IMG/VR virus record: IMGVR_UViG_3300014205_000002
Location: 32,001-96,000 of that record
Source of the DNA: a virus
Lineage: Duplodnaviria; Caudoviricetes
Length of the DNA: 64,000 nucleotides
Strand: one strand, 5' to 3'
Below the pieces are notes generated by a model, which did not search any database, had not been told where the DNA came from, and saw only the letters and a list, made by a program, of their open reading frames with translations. Of this stretch, positions 1-9,795 are shown in pieces. How positions within the stretch are numbered: the stretch's first letter is position 1; every line of letters starts with the position of its first letter. The position numbers and the translations under genes are program-made.

Positions 1-1544
1 GACGGCAGCCCCGTGCTCGGCAGCCACGTCAACTGGTGCGCCAGCGCCCCGTAGCCCGTATCTGTGCCAGGGATATTGGTGTTGTCCACGGCAATTGAGG
101 GTGTCCCGCCCGCGACATGTGAAAAGTGCGTCTGGTGCAAGCGTGCGCGCCCGTTGGTGTCGAGACAGATGGCGTATAGCGCCATCGTGCGGTCGGAGCC
201 GGCCGCCTCGTCGGCGATGCCAAAGATGGCAGGCGCTACGTTAGCCTGTCCTGCGATGGTTGTTGCGGCAGCATCCATGACCTTACCCAGCGTGGTGAGT
301 GAGCCAAGCAGTGTTCCGGCTGGCCCGACCACCACCGTGAGGTGTTCAAACGTATTGACCGACGGGGCGGTGGAGTTCCCGTTACAGGTATGCATGAATA
401 GATAGAGACGGCCGCCCTGCCCACGCACAGCACGCACCCTCGCGAAATAGTCATTTACGTAGGTCGTGCGGTAGGCCGCAAGCGGCGTCTGATCCAACTG
501 GGCGGCAAGAATGATCGTGGCGACGGTTACGGTGCCGCTGATGTTGTGAACCGTGACGGCCCCGGTGTTGAGCTGGGCTGCGCCAGAGTTTACGTTCGAC
601 GTATCAACAGTCACGAGGTAGTCGATACCGGCAAAGCCCATCACCTTCTTGCCCGAGACGGTCGAACGCCCATTCACCACTGTCGGGATCAGGCGCGTCA
701 GGCTACGCACACGGAAGTCGCCATCTGCACTTCCACTCATGAGGTCGATCACAAGGGACGTACAGCCGCCGGGGGTCGTGAGCCCGCTACCCGCCGGTAT
801 TGCCCCCATGGCAATGCGGACCATGCTCTTGCCGCTACTGTAGTTAGCTTGATAAGCGGCATGCATGTAGGCATAACCAGAGACGTTAAAACTCTCGACA
901 CCGGTGTAGATGGCGGTCTGTACGCCTGTCTCAATGTCCAGCAACATGGTTGTGCTGTCGATCGTGTTCCCGAAGATCATGATCGCCTTGCCGTCGCCAA
1001 GAGGGATTGCCCGCGCCGTCTGGCTTGACGAGTTGAGTACATTTAGGGCGTTGGTACCCCACCAGACAAGTGGCTCAGGCTCGGCGAAGCTCGGACTGCC
1101 GTTGCCTGCTGCGCTCCCAGCGATATCGATCAGCACGCCCGTCACGATGCCATAGGCGACCCCGGACGCCGATCCGCTGTACCTGTTCACAGCGGTCACG
1201 GCGATAGACTCGCCAGCAGCGAAATTCAGGTCAACCGGAATCGTCATGTTCCCCGCGTTTGTCGTTGATGCGTCCGTGCTGGTCGGGGTGTTATCCATGG
1301 ATGACGCAGGCGACAGGAATACCGTTTCACCATTGATATACAAGGCGGCATTTTGAAGGTTGCCGGCATTTACGGTATCCATGAACGCCGTCACGGTGCG
1401 AATCGCGAGCACCTTGCCAGCCGGAACAACGTAGGTCTCGCCCTGCTGGATCGAGACGAGTGCGCCTCCGACAGGGACTTGACCCGAGTTGACGACGGCG
1501 GTCAGATTGCTGGTGGACGCGCCACCGATATTGACTGAAGGCAT
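1..1544 (-). CDS. Tail fibre/receptor-binding-like protein, partial (runs off left edge)
   Basis: ATG at 1544 with AAGGAG RBS; frame stays open to base 1 (MPSVNIGGASTSNLTAVV...), so it is absent from the ORF track; G/T/S/A/V-rich; last gene of the fibre operon. Confidence 0.6.
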   Translation of the reverse strand, partial: MPSVNIGGASTSNLTAVVNSGQVPVGGALVSIQQGETYVVPAGKVLAIRTVTAFMDTVNAGNLQNAALYINGETVFLSPASSMDNTPTSTDASTTNAGNMTIPVDLNFAAGESIAVTAVNRYSGSASGVAYGIVTGVLIDIAGSAAGNGSPSFAEPEPLVWWGTNALNVLNSSSQTARAIPLGDGKAIMIFGNTIDSTTMLLDIETGVQTAIYTGVESFNVSGYAYMHAAYQANYSSGKSMVRIAMGAIPAGSGLTTPGGCTSLVIDLMSGSADGDFRVRSLTRLIPTVVNGRSTVSGKKVMGFAGIDYLVTVDTSNVNSGAAQLNTGAVTVHNISGTVTVATIILAAQLDQTPLAAYRTTYVNDYFARVRAVRGQGGRLYLFMHTCNGNSTAPSVNTFEHLTVVVGPAGTLLGSLTTLGKVMDAAATTIAGQANVAPAIFGIADEAAGSDRTMALYAICLDTNGRARLHQTHFSHVAGGTPSIAVDNTNIPGTDTGYGALAHQLTWLPSTGLP

Positions 1545-1558
1545 CTCTATACTCCTTG

Positions 1559-2302
1559 TTATTCGTAGGCTTCGCAGCGAAGGTCGGCTGCTCCAGCGGG
1601 AGCGGAAGTAATCTTGAGCGCGAGGAGTTCACCCGCCGCGATGGCGTCGCCAGCTCGTGCAATCTCCGTGGAAGCAACTCCACCATTACATGCAAGCGTG
1701 CCTGAGAACAACAGTGTCTGAGCGCCGCCTGCGACCACTTTGTAGACGTCAAAGCCGATCGTGCCGGAGGCCGGCGTGGCCCAGCTTGTGACGGCGAAGC
1801 CGCACAGGGTTCGTGCGCGCCGGACTCGCTTGGAGTCTACGAATAGACCTACGAAGCCATCCAAGTATCCGGTTGCGAGGAAGTCTACGAACGGTAGATC
1901 GCCCATGTTTTCGACCTCCGCGAGGTCGCCGTTTCCATCGCGCTTGGCGATCGCACCTGCGGTCGCGGCCGTGGCCGGCGCTGCTCCCTGGAGGGTCTGC
2001 GCGTCGGTGCCATTCGAGGTGAGCGGCTTCCATGCGCTGATCGGAGCCCCCCGCCAGACGTAGCCGACGGGGTTGTCCGAGCCATCGGAGTCGAGGACGA
2101 TCACCCAGTCTCCGTCGGAGAGGCCCGAGAGCGCGTTTCGAGCCGTGAGGGTGGCGACCTTGCCCTTGTAGTCGCGGCGCAGATCGAGGTACGTCTGCAC
2201 GTTCGCAGACGCGCCCCCGGTCGCGTCGTTGATCTCGTTGGCGGGGAAGCCTTGGACGCGCCGCCAGGGCAACGTCCAAACGCGGGAATCTCCAAACGGC
2301 AT
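1559..2302 (-). CDS. Tail fibre-associated virion protein
   Basis: 247 aa; fibre-like segment DAQTLQGAAPATAATAGAIAKRDGNG; RBS; operon context. Confidence 0.55.
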   Translation of the reverse strand: MPFGDSRVWTLPWRRVQGFPANEINDATGGASANVQTYLDLRRDYKGKVATLTARNALSGLSDGDWVIVLDSDGSDNPVGYVWRGAPISAWKPLTSNGTDAQTLQGAAPATAATAGAIAKRDGNGDLAEVENMGDLPFVDFLATGYLDGFVGLFVDSKRVRRARTLCGFAVTSWATPASGTIGFDVYKVVAGGAQTLLFSGTLACNGGVASTEIARAGDAIAAGELLALKITSAPAGAADLRCEAYE

Positions 2303-2327
2303 GAGGGGCTCTCCTTCGGCTCAGGGC

Positions 2328-3461
2328 TTACTTGCGGTAGCTGATGCGGTGCGTTTCGCCGGCGATCGGCTCGTAGCCAGCGACGTACGTCAACACCGTG
2401 CCCGCGACCGAGTAGTGAACGCCCGACACCAGCGAAAGGCCGTAGGCTTCGAGGTGCGTACTCCCCGCGAGAGGGGTGAACGCCAGGGAGAAGACCAGGG
2501 TGGCCGCCGCGATCACGCCACCGGGCGTCTCGTTGTCGACGATCACGCCGTTCGCGGCGTTGTTCGCCTCCAGTGCATCGAGGCGACCGTCCAGCGCGAC
2601 GTTGATCAGGTTGAGGTTATTGTCGAGCTTGCCGATCGCAACCAGCAGGGTGTCGTTGTCGGCGACGAAGGTGTTGAATGCGTAGTTGTTCGGGGTCGCG
2701 GCAGTGATGCCGGTGCGCGCGAACAGATCGGCGGTCTGGGTGCTGCGCGTCGAGATCTCCGAGGTGAGCGAGCCCTGGGTCGTGAACAGCTGTTGGTCAA
2801 TCTTGTCGATCGCCGCGATCAGCGTGTCGCCATCAACGATATAGCGGTTGTTCGCGTAGCCGTTGGTCGCGCCCTCGACAATGCCGGCTTTTGAGTAGAT
2901 CTCAGCGATGTCCGCGAGCATCTCGGCCTCGCGTTCGGTGAAGTCCAGGCCCTGGAACTTCTTGCGGGAACGGATCTGCGAGAGTGCCGTCAAGCTCAGG
3001 CGGCTCGGCAACTCGACGACGCCGATCGTTGCGCCCATCGTGCCGGTGTTCCAGGCCACGGCTGCGGGGGCCGCTGTGGTCATGTCCAGCACGTCGTGGA
3101 CGGTGACGGTGTAGACGTAAGGGCCCGTGCCCGCGACGCTGGTCACGCGACCCCAGACCGGACGAGCGTTGGGCCCGATGATCGGGTCGCCGTTCGCCGT
3201 CACGAGGCCGACGTTGGCGTACTCCTTGACGGTCTCGTTCGCGGCTACCACGATGCCGGCTGCGGCCGGGCCGGAAGAGGACGCGGTCGCATCGGATACC
3301 GTGAAGGTCGTCTGCGCGGTGACGGGTGACGTGACGGCCGCCTTCTCCAGCGGGCCGACCTCGAAGATGCGGTTGAGGATCTCGTCCATCGCCACGGCCT
3401 TGAGGACGCCGATGGGAACCGAATCGGGAAGAAGGCGGTGACCGCCGAGCAAGCCTGCCAT
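2328..3461 (-). CDS. Virion structural protein (fibre-like; coiled-coil plus C-terminal beta domain)
   Basis: 377 aa; duplicated DxDTLxxAIxKxD segment; C-terminal module FSLAFTP...YSVAG...GETHRISY resembles modules in 3495-4493 and 34872-36362. Confidence 0.55.
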   Translation of the reverse strand: MAGLLGGHRLLPDSVPIGVLKAVAMDEILNRIFEVGPLEKAAVTSPVTAQTTFTVSDATASSSGPAAAGIVVAANETVKEYANVGLVTANGDPIIGPNARPVWGRVTSVAGTGPYVYTVTVHDVLDMTTAAPAAVAWNTGTMGATIGVVELPSRLSLTALSQIRSRKKFQGLDFTEREAEMLADIAEIYSKAGIVEGATNGYANNRYIVDGDTLIAAIDKIDQQLFTTQGSLTSEISTRSTQTADLFARTGITAATPNNYAFNTFVADNDTLLVAIGKLDNNLNLINVALDGRLDALEANNAANGVIVDNETPGGVIAAATLVFSLAFTPLAGSTHLEAYGLSLVSGVHYSVAGTVLTYVAGYEPIAGETHRISYRK

Positions 3462-3494
3462 GATGGAATCTCCTTGTGGAAGAGGGTCGGGGAA

Positions 3495-4493
3495 CTAGTT
3501 GCGCCAGAGGTATTGAACGAAGACCTGTTCCCCCACGATCGGCTTCTGGCCGGGGAGAATCGTGATGGTGTTGTTGATCCAGGTGAAATGCTCGTTCGGA
3601 TGCAATTCCAGGGTGCCGGCGACGAAGACGCGCGGCACGGTGCCGGTGTCGATGTCGTGGGCGAGGGTAAACGTGCCGTTGCCGTTGAAGCCGTCGGTCG
3701 AGTCGACGACGCCGGCCGCTGGCTGGGTGGCGATGAAAAGATCGAGCTGGGATACGACCGTGCTCTGGTCGTCGGATCCGCGCTGGAACTCGATAATCTC
3801 GACGACCTCGCCGGCCTCGCGGGGCTCGGTGAACTCGATCTGGGTAGCAGAAAGCTCCTCCCAGTGGACGCCCTTGCTCTGAATCAGGCCGCCGGAACTA
3901 ACCAGCAGATGGTGGATGCCGGTCTGGTAAGGCTCCGGCAGGGTGATCACGGTCTCGCCGCCCAGCATCGTCTGCGGCGGATGCACCTTGATGCGGGCCG
4001 CCTGGAGGTCGAGCGTCGCCAGCGCGCCGGTGATCGCCGAGAGCTGGGTCGCGATGTCGTAGCCGTCGACCTGGTTGAGGTTGCCGTTGATGTTGACGTT
4101 GCCGTTGATGGTGACGGTGCCGTCCTCGTCGACGGCGAACAGATCGGTGATGCCGGCGTTCGAGCGAATAAAGAAGCGCGTGCCAGTCTGGTTGGCGTTG
4201 CGATCGAGCATGACCCCGAAGCCCTGGGTGGACTCGAACACGATGTCCACGTCGCCAGCTCCGACGACGGTGCCGGCGGTCAGGCCGCCGGTGATCTCGA
4301 CGTCGCCGATGATCTTGAGCGCGCCGCCGGTCTCAAGATCCCCGTCCCCGTTGAGCCGCACGAGCATCCCCGCAGATGCGGCCGTGCCTAGGATGGCCGG
4401 AGTCGCCACCTTGAGACCGTGGACCTCCTCGGCGTCAGTCATGACCCGGTGGATGTGGTTCAGCGTGTAGACTTCCAGTTCGACTTCCAGCAT
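3495..4493 (-). CDS. Virion structural/fibre protein
   Basis: 332 aa; GTVTINGNVNINGNL shaft repeat; two C-terminal beta modules. Confidence 0.55.
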   Translation of the reverse strand: MLEVELEVYTLNHIHRVMTDAEEVHGLKVATPAILGTAASAGMLVRLNGDGDLETGGALKIIGDVEITGGLTAGTVVGAGDVDIVFESTQGFGVMLDRNANQTGTRFFIRSNAGITDLFAVDEDGTVTINGNVNINGNLNQVDGYDIATQLSAITGALATLDLQAARIKVHPPQTMLGGETVITLPEPYQTGIHHLLVSSGGLIQSKGVHWEELSATQIEFTEPREAGEVVEIIEFQRGSDDQSTVVSQLDLFIATQPAAGVVDSTDGFNGNGTFTLAHDIDTGTVPRVFVAGTLELHPNEHFTWINNTITILPGQKPIVGEQVFVQYLWRN

Positions 4494-4503
4494 CGTTTCT
4501 CTC

Positions 4504-7128
4504 CTACGCCACGTTCTTGTCGCAGCCGATCAGCTCGCCGTTGACGTCGTAGCTGAAACTCTCGGTGATGGTCCTGCCGCCGATGGTCGTCACCCGCGTC
4601 GCCACCCGATTGAGTGGGCCATAGGTGTAGGTGCGCTGCCGAACTTGCGTCACCCCGTCGCTGACCGTGGCCGTTGCTATCCGGCCCTGGGGATCCTTGG
4701 CGACCACCGTGCTGCGCGTGTCGATCGCCGCAACGATCGCCTTGAGGTAGGCCACGTCGGTCCCCGCATCGCCCAGATGAACGTCGCCGGCCAGCGTGGT
4801 CTCGCCGTCGATCACGATGTCGCCGGCGACGAAGGTGTCGCCGTTCTCGTAGACGGCGAACAGATCGAAGGAATCAACGCCGTCCTTGCGGATGGCGAAC
4901 CGACCGTCGGTCCCTGTGTCGTCGGCATCGAGCATGACGATCGCGTGGCGCTGTGTGTGCAGGCGCGTGTCGCTGCCGACGAAGTGCAGGTAGTGGTTGG
5001 TGAGGTTGCGCCCCACGAAGTGGTCCTGGCCGTTGACGACGTTGCCCGCATGGGTCAGCCCGCCGTACAACGTCATCCCAAGCGTGTCGAGTACGGCGAC
5101 GGTGTCGCCCTCGCTGCGCAGATGCAAGGCCCCGCCGACGAGGCCGATGGTCCAGGTGAAGTCGGCGTTGTCGCTCTCGACGAGCTGGAGGTGGTCGGCG
5201 AGCCCGCGCAGGATCGCGGGCCCCGTGACGTCGAGGCCGTCGCCGAAGGTGCCCTTGCCGGCCATCTCCGCATCACCCTGCTCGGTCACGAAGAAGACGT
5301 CGACGTCGCCTCCGTTGCGCACGATGAAGCGCGCCGTGTCGGGGGTGATCAGCTCGTCGTCGTCGAGGTCGATCACCACCGCGCGATTCGAGGTCAGATA
5401 CAGATCGCCGCCGGAGCCGGAGGCCGAGAGCGAGCGCGCGAACATGAGCCCGTCTGGCGTGACGTAGAACAGATCGTCGCCGCCGGAGTCGCGCAGATGG
5501 ATCGGGTTGCGCGTCTGGCCTGCGGCCGCGTCGATCACGAGGCCCGCATCGGCTGCGAGGCCGAGCGATAGACCGCCCGCTCCAGGGTCGACTAGGCTGG
5601 TAAGTGAACCCCCGAGCCGGAGGCCCTTGGCGTGGATCTCCTGCGCGTTGCTCGCCCAGTCGCGCACGGTCAGCGGCGACTGGGCGAACATCGAGCCCGA
5701 GAACTTGTGCGATCCCAGAACCTCCAGCGTGCCGTCTTCCTTGAGCGTGAAGATCCGCGTGCCGACGCCGTTATTTACCGCGAACTCGGCGATGCCGTTG
5801 TTGTTCGCGTCGAGGTTGATGATCAGGCCATGGCGGCTCGTGACGGTGAAGTCATCCTCGCCAGTGTCGTCCTGGACGATGCCTGAGCGGACCGTCAGCG
5901 CGCCGTCGAGCGTCAGGCCACCGGTGGCCATGTCGAAGGTGGCGCGCACGGCGGGAACGCCCGTCGCGTCGATCAGCTGGAGCAGATTGTCTTGCAGACG
6001 TGCGCGCACCTTGCGGGTGGACGCGACAGAGTCGGTGTCCTCCCAGACCAGGCCCGGCGTCGCACCCTGGAGCGTAAGTTCACCCTGGGCCGTCAGTGCG
6101 CCGTCGCGGGAAACCACGACCATTCCGTTAAAGAGGTCGACGGAGCCTGCGGTGGCGGCGTTCTCGCGCTGGAGGTAGAGCGCGGAGCTGGCGGCCGCCC
6201 GGATGGACAGGTCGGACGCATCGGCGACAATCGCCGGATCAGCGCCCGTGAAGACGAGGTTGTCTCCCTCGACCCAGAAGTCGCCGGCGACGCCCATGCC
6301 GTGGCTCGCGCGCCAGCGATCGAGGCCCTCCATCCACATAAAGGAGGCCGTCGCCTGGTTGCCGCGGTTGATCTCGACGCCGGCGTCTTCGGTGGGTGGG
6401 TTGAGCGCTGGCAGATCGCTGTTCAGCGTGATCAGGTTGTCGCCGATCAGGAGCTGCTGCGTCTCGATCTGCGTGACCTGTCCGTTACTGATGAACAGCT
6501 GACCGTTGACGACCACGTCGCTGTTGAATGTTGAGGTGCCCTCGACATTCAACATGCCGAGGATGTGGACGTCGCTCGCGAACTCGGCCAGGCCGCCGAA
6601 CGCGACCCCCGCCTCAAAGACAGTCCTGGTCGCCACCCGGATGGTGGGATCGGCGGGCGTGTAGGAGAGCGAGTCATAGTCCCACTCGCCGACGACCAGC
6701 TCGGTCGCCGGGTGCAAGTAGCCGGCCTTGTCGCGCACGGCGAGCTCGCCCGTCACGTCCACGACCAGATACTGGTTGACGACGCCGAACTCTTCCTCCC
6801 AGCCAATCCAGCTCACGCGGCGGCCAAGCTGATAAGCCGCGCCGCCGGTCAGCGCGATCCGGCGGGTGACGACATTCACGGGGCCGTCGAAGGCCTCGAT
6901 CACGAAGCGATCGGCGTACAGCTCCCGATTGGAGGCGACCAGCGCAACGTCGATGTTGCGCCGACCGTCATCCAACCTGGAGAATAGCCCCTTGTAGAGG
7001 CTCTGGCGCTGATTAAAAGTATCGGCGTCGACGCGCTCGCCGTCGGCGTAGTCCAGCAGATCCATCGGATCGCCGTACGCGCGGTTATCAAGCTCGTCGA
7101 TGTAGGTCTGCTGGTCGGTGGTGTACAT
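4504..7128 (-). CDS. Long tail fibre protein
   Basis: 874 aa; IGDNLITLNSD...DAGVEINRG motif common in phage fibres; internal repeats; YD-like C-terminus. Confidence 0.65.
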   Translation of the reverse strand: MYTTDQQTYIDELDNRAYGDPMDLLDYADGERVDADTFNQRQSLYKGLFSRLDDGRRNIDVALVASNRELYADRFVIEAFDGPVNVVTRRIALTGGAAYQLGRRVSWIGWEEEFGVVNQYLVVDVTGELAVRDKAGYLHPATELVVGEWDYDSLSYTPADPTIRVATRTVFEAGVAFGGLAEFASDVHILGMLNVEGTSTFNSDVVVNGQLFISNGQVTQIETQQLLIGDNLITLNSDLPALNPPTEDAGVEINRGNQATASFMWMEGLDRWRASHGMGVAGDFWVEGDNLVFTGADPAIVADASDLSIRAAASSALYLQRENAATAGSVDLFNGMVVVSRDGALTAQGELTLQGATPGLVWEDTDSVASTRKVRARLQDNLLQLIDATGVPAVRATFDMATGGLTLDGALTVRSGIVQDDTGEDDFTVTSRHGLIINLDANNNGIAEFAVNNGVGTRIFTLKEDGTLEVLGSHKFSGSMFAQSPLTVRDWASNAQEIHAKGLRLGGSLTSLVDPGAGGLSLGLAADAGLVIDAAAGQTRNPIHLRDSGGDDLFYVTPDGLMFARSLSASGSGGDLYLTSNRAVVIDLDDDELITPDTARFIVRNGGDVDVFFVTEQGDAEMAGKGTFGDGLDVTGPAILRGLADHLQLVESDNADFTWTIGLVGGALHLRSEGDTVAVLDTLGMTLYGGLTHAGNVVNGQDHFVGRNLTNHYLHFVGSDTRLHTQRHAIVMLDADDTGTDGRFAIRKDGVDSFDLFAVYENGDTFVAGDIVIDGETTLAGDVHLGDAGTDVAYLKAIVAAIDTRSTVVAKDPQGRIATATVSDGVTQVRQRTYTYGPLNRVATRVTTIGGRTITESFSYDVNGELIGCDKNVA

Positions 7129-7137
7129 GCGCGACCT

Positions 7138-7536
7138 CTACGAAACGCCCCTGGAGACCGACTGGATCTCCAGAGTGTTGCCGACGTAGATGAATGTGTC
7201 CTCAATGGCCTTGCCGCCGATCAGGACCGTGCGCTGACCCACCCGGCCGAGGGCGTCGAGGGCGTAGCTCTTGTCCTTGATGACGTCGAGCCCATCCTTC
7301 TCGGTGAGGCCGGTGAGGCGGGCGTTGCCGTCGAATACCAGCGAGCGCTGGCGGGTGTCGGCGCTCTCGCTGGCCGCGATCAACAGCAGGACGTCGTTGT
7401 CCTCGGTGCCGAGGGTCGGCGGCGGATCGCCCACGGCTGGATCGGCGAAGACCAGGCCGCCGACGTTGAAAAGCGTCTGGCCTTGGCAGTCCAGCGGTTC
7501 GTCGATATTCAGCTGCTTGGAACGAATGCCACTCAC
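7138..7536 (-). CDS. Small virion protein with YD/RHS-like C-terminal repeats
   Basis: 132 aa; FDGNARLT and YALDALGRV; directly downstream of a CTATAATA motif. Confidence 0.5.
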   Translation of the reverse strand: MSGIRSKQLNIDEPLDCQGQTLFNVGGLVFADPAVGDPPPTLGTEDNDVLLLIAASESADTRQRSLVFDGNARLTGLTEKDGLDVIKDKSYALDALGRVGQRTVLIGGKAIEDTFIYVGNTLEIQSVSRGVS

Positions 7537-7561
7537 GGCGCGCCTCCCCTGCTTCCGAGGT

Positions 7562-7569
7562 TATTATAG
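7562..7569 (-). promoter_or_regulatory. Putative late promoter CTATAATA
   Basis: Exact motif about 25 nt upstream of the fibre operon. Confidence 0.7.
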
Positions 7570-7596
7570 GGAGGCGGCGGGAACGTTCACGGGCGG

Positions 7597-8064
7597 CTAG
7601 AACGCCTTGTCCATCACGATCCGCTGGAGCACGGTGGCGCTCTGGTAGTAGCCACCGGGGCTGACGATTACCACGAGCTGAAAGTTGTTCGTCAGTAGCG
7701 GCATCTCGCCCGGCCCGAAGACCCGCGTCGACAGATCGACATAGCTCTTGGTCAACTCGTAGCTGAGGCCCTGGCCTTCCAGCACGACCTTGAGCAGGGT
7801 GAGATCGTAGGGGTAGGTCACGGCGGGGAAGGTGATGCGCCCATCAACCAGGGAAAGCGCGTCCACCGAGAGCCGATCGGCCTCGGTGACGATCGCCGAC
7901 GACTTGACCTGCACCTCCTCGCCCAGGCCGAAGTGCAGGTAGCGGCGATCGCTGAGCACCTGGATGATCGCCTTGACGCTGGCCGACATCGTGCGCGAGA
8001 AGTTCATCTTCTGTTCGGCATGGCCGAGCATGTTCAGCATCAGGGTTTGGAAAAACTCGAACAT
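7597..8064 (-). CDS. Hypothetical protein, probably virion
   Basis: 155 aa; GGAGG RBS; late operon. Confidence 0.6.
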   Translation of the reverse strand: MFEFFQTLMLNMLGHAEQKMNFSRTMSASVKAIIQVLSDRRYLHFGLGEEVQVKSSAIVTEADRLSVDALSLVDGRITFPAVTYPYDLTLLKVVLEGQGLSYELTKSYVDLSTRVFGPGEMPLLTNNFQLVVIVSPGGYYQSATVLQRIVMDKAF

Positions 8065-8067
8065 CGG

Positions 8068-8628
8068 CTAGTCCTCCAGGGACGCGAGGTAGAGGGCGGC
8101 GGCGTACTTGAGCCGGGGTTGGCCCGGCGGCAGATCGGGCGTGGGTGATTCCGGCGGCAGCGGCGAGGGCGCGGCTTTGGGCGCGACCATGTCGACGACG
8201 CTCTTGATGCCGAGGGCATTCCCGCCGATCACCAGCGCCCGCTGAGGGGTGATCACGCTGGGGCGCTTCGTGTTCACGCCGAGCACGCTCAGGGGCAGCT
8301 TCGCGAGCCCCGGCAGCTTTGACGCATCCATCGGGATCCCCAGGCCCGAGCCGAAGTCCTTGTCGAGAAAGCGCTCGACGGCACCCTCGCCCTTCGCGCC
8401 ACTCAGCGAGACCTTGCGGCCCGCATTGTAGATGCGCTGGGACATCTGTGAACGCAGGCCGTTTCCGTTGAAGCGGCTACCGGTCCGTCCCAGGCCGAGT
8501 CCGACGGCGCGACCCAGCATCTTGATTCCACCGCCGACGATACCGGCGAGGCCCGGCGCGCCGGCGATGCCTGCGGCAATCTGGGCGACCCCCCCCAGCA
8601 GCGCAGCTTTTTCCAGATTCTCGTTCAT
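8068..8628 (-). CDS. Gly-rich hypothetical protein, possibly internal virion protein
   Basis: 186 aa; Gly/Ala-rich hydrophobic N-terminus; KxA motifs; ATGA overlap with upstream gene. Confidence 0.55.
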   Translation of the reverse strand: MNENLEKAALLGGVAQIAAGIAGAPGLAGIVGGGIKMLGRAVGLGLGRTGSRFNGNGLRSQMSQRIYNAGRKVSLSGAKGEGAVERFLDKDFGSGLGIPMDASKLPGLAKLPLSVLGVNTKRPSVITPQRALVIGGNALGIKSVVDMVAPKAAPSPLPPESPTPDLPPGQPRLKYAAALYLASLED

Positions 8629-9704
8629 GCGGTGATCCTCGCCTTTCTCAACAGGATTGCCAGAACAGCATCGGCGATGCGACCGCTGACGGCGGCCCTG
8701 GTCTCAAGCTCGCCGTCCCGCCCGCGCTGCACATAGAAGCGCGGAAGATCCAGCAGGTGGTGGTAGGCCCAGTCGACCAGGTCGTAGGGCACCTCGAAGA
8801 TCTGGGCGATCGCCGCCCCGACCACGGCGCGATCGAGGGCCAAGCGCAGGGGCTCCCCCTCGCGCAGCTCAATTGACAGAATGTGGCCCTCGACAGACGC
8901 CCCCGTGATGCGCTCGGCGAGCTTGGTCTCGATCGCCTTGTAGAACTCGCCCTCGCGGCGGTAGATCGAGAAGTCGTCGGGCAGGTACGGCGAGAAGTCG
9001 AGCCCGGTCTCCGCCCGGATGCGCTGAATCACCGCCATGCGCTGGAGTGAGACCATCGGTGTGATCAGCGCAGTGAAGCGCCCAGCCACGACGGAGACGC
9101 CCAGGTTGTCGTTGTGCATCCGTACGACCACCTGGGTGACGTACTCGACCACCGGCAGGCCGTCTATCTCGACGTTCAGGCCGAAGCGGGCGAGGGCAAT
9201 CATCTGCTCGACCCAGGCGGGATCGGTGCCCTTCACGTTGACGATCGGCGTCGCGCGCCGAATGGCCTTGATCATCCAGGGCCGCATCTCCGAGATGGCG
9301 ATCACGTTGCCATGCTTCATGACGAACTCCTCGTCGTCCGTCAGGACCATGCTCGGATGCTTGCGCTTGAGGCGATCGCCCCCGAAGACGCCGCCCTGTC
9401 GCCTGGAGCGTGAGCCCGCGAGCAGCACGCGCTTGCGCGCGGAGAGGCCGCCTTCGTCCTTGAAACCGACGATCCGGATGTGCGAGAGCTCGCCGTGCTC
9501 GCCCAGATAGGGGAAGACCGCGCCGGGGAACTCCGGCAGCGCACGCACCAGGGTGGGGCCGCAGTTCTGCTCGCCGAAATGCCGGCTGGCATACCAGCCG
9601 ACATCCAGTGCATCCGCATAGGCGTAGCCGGCCAGGCAGTCAGGATGGTACTCCTTGACCACCTCTACCGTGCGCCGCCAAAGCGTGTGGACGGGATTCT
9701 TCAT
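8625..9704 (-). CDS. Hypothetical protein with weak DnaG primase-like resemblance
   Basis: 359 aa; AVFPYLGEHGELSHIRIVG and GVFGGD resemble the DnaG core; TOPRIM EG..D and DxD motifs not recognisable. Confidence 0.4.
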   Translation of the reverse strand: MKNPVHTLWRRTVEVVKEYHPDCLAGYAYADALDVGWYASRHFGEQNCGPTLVRALPEFPGAVFPYLGEHGELSHIRIVGFKDEGGLSARKRVLLAGSRSRRQGGVFGGDRLKRKHPSMVLTDDEEFVMKHGNVIAISEMRPWMIKAIRRATPIVNVKGTDPAWVEQMIALARFGLNVEIDGLPVVEYVTQVVVRMHNDNLGVSVVAGRFTALITPMVSLQRMAVIQRIRAETGLDFSPYLPDDFSIYRREGEFYKAIETKLAERITGASVEGHILSIELREGEPLRLALDRAVVGAAIAQIFEVPYDLVDWAYHHLLDLPRFYVQRGRDGELETRAAVSGRIADAVLAILLRKARITA

Positions 9705-9765
9705 GCGGGACTACCGGGTAGACGAGCGTGGGCGATCGGTACTACCATAGTGGATGCACCACGGG

Positions 9766-9773
9766 TATTATAC
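9766..9773 (-). promoter_or_regulatory. Putative late promoter variant GTATAATA
   Basis: 7/8 match, upstream of 8625-9704. Confidence 0.55.
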
Positions 9774-9795
9774 GTCTGGAAGGCGGTGACCCCGC

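Noticed and set aside
1-7536. Diversity-generating retroelement or invertible tail-fibre system
   Set aside because: No reverse transcriptase, invertase, TR/VR pair or inverted fibre copy seen in the window
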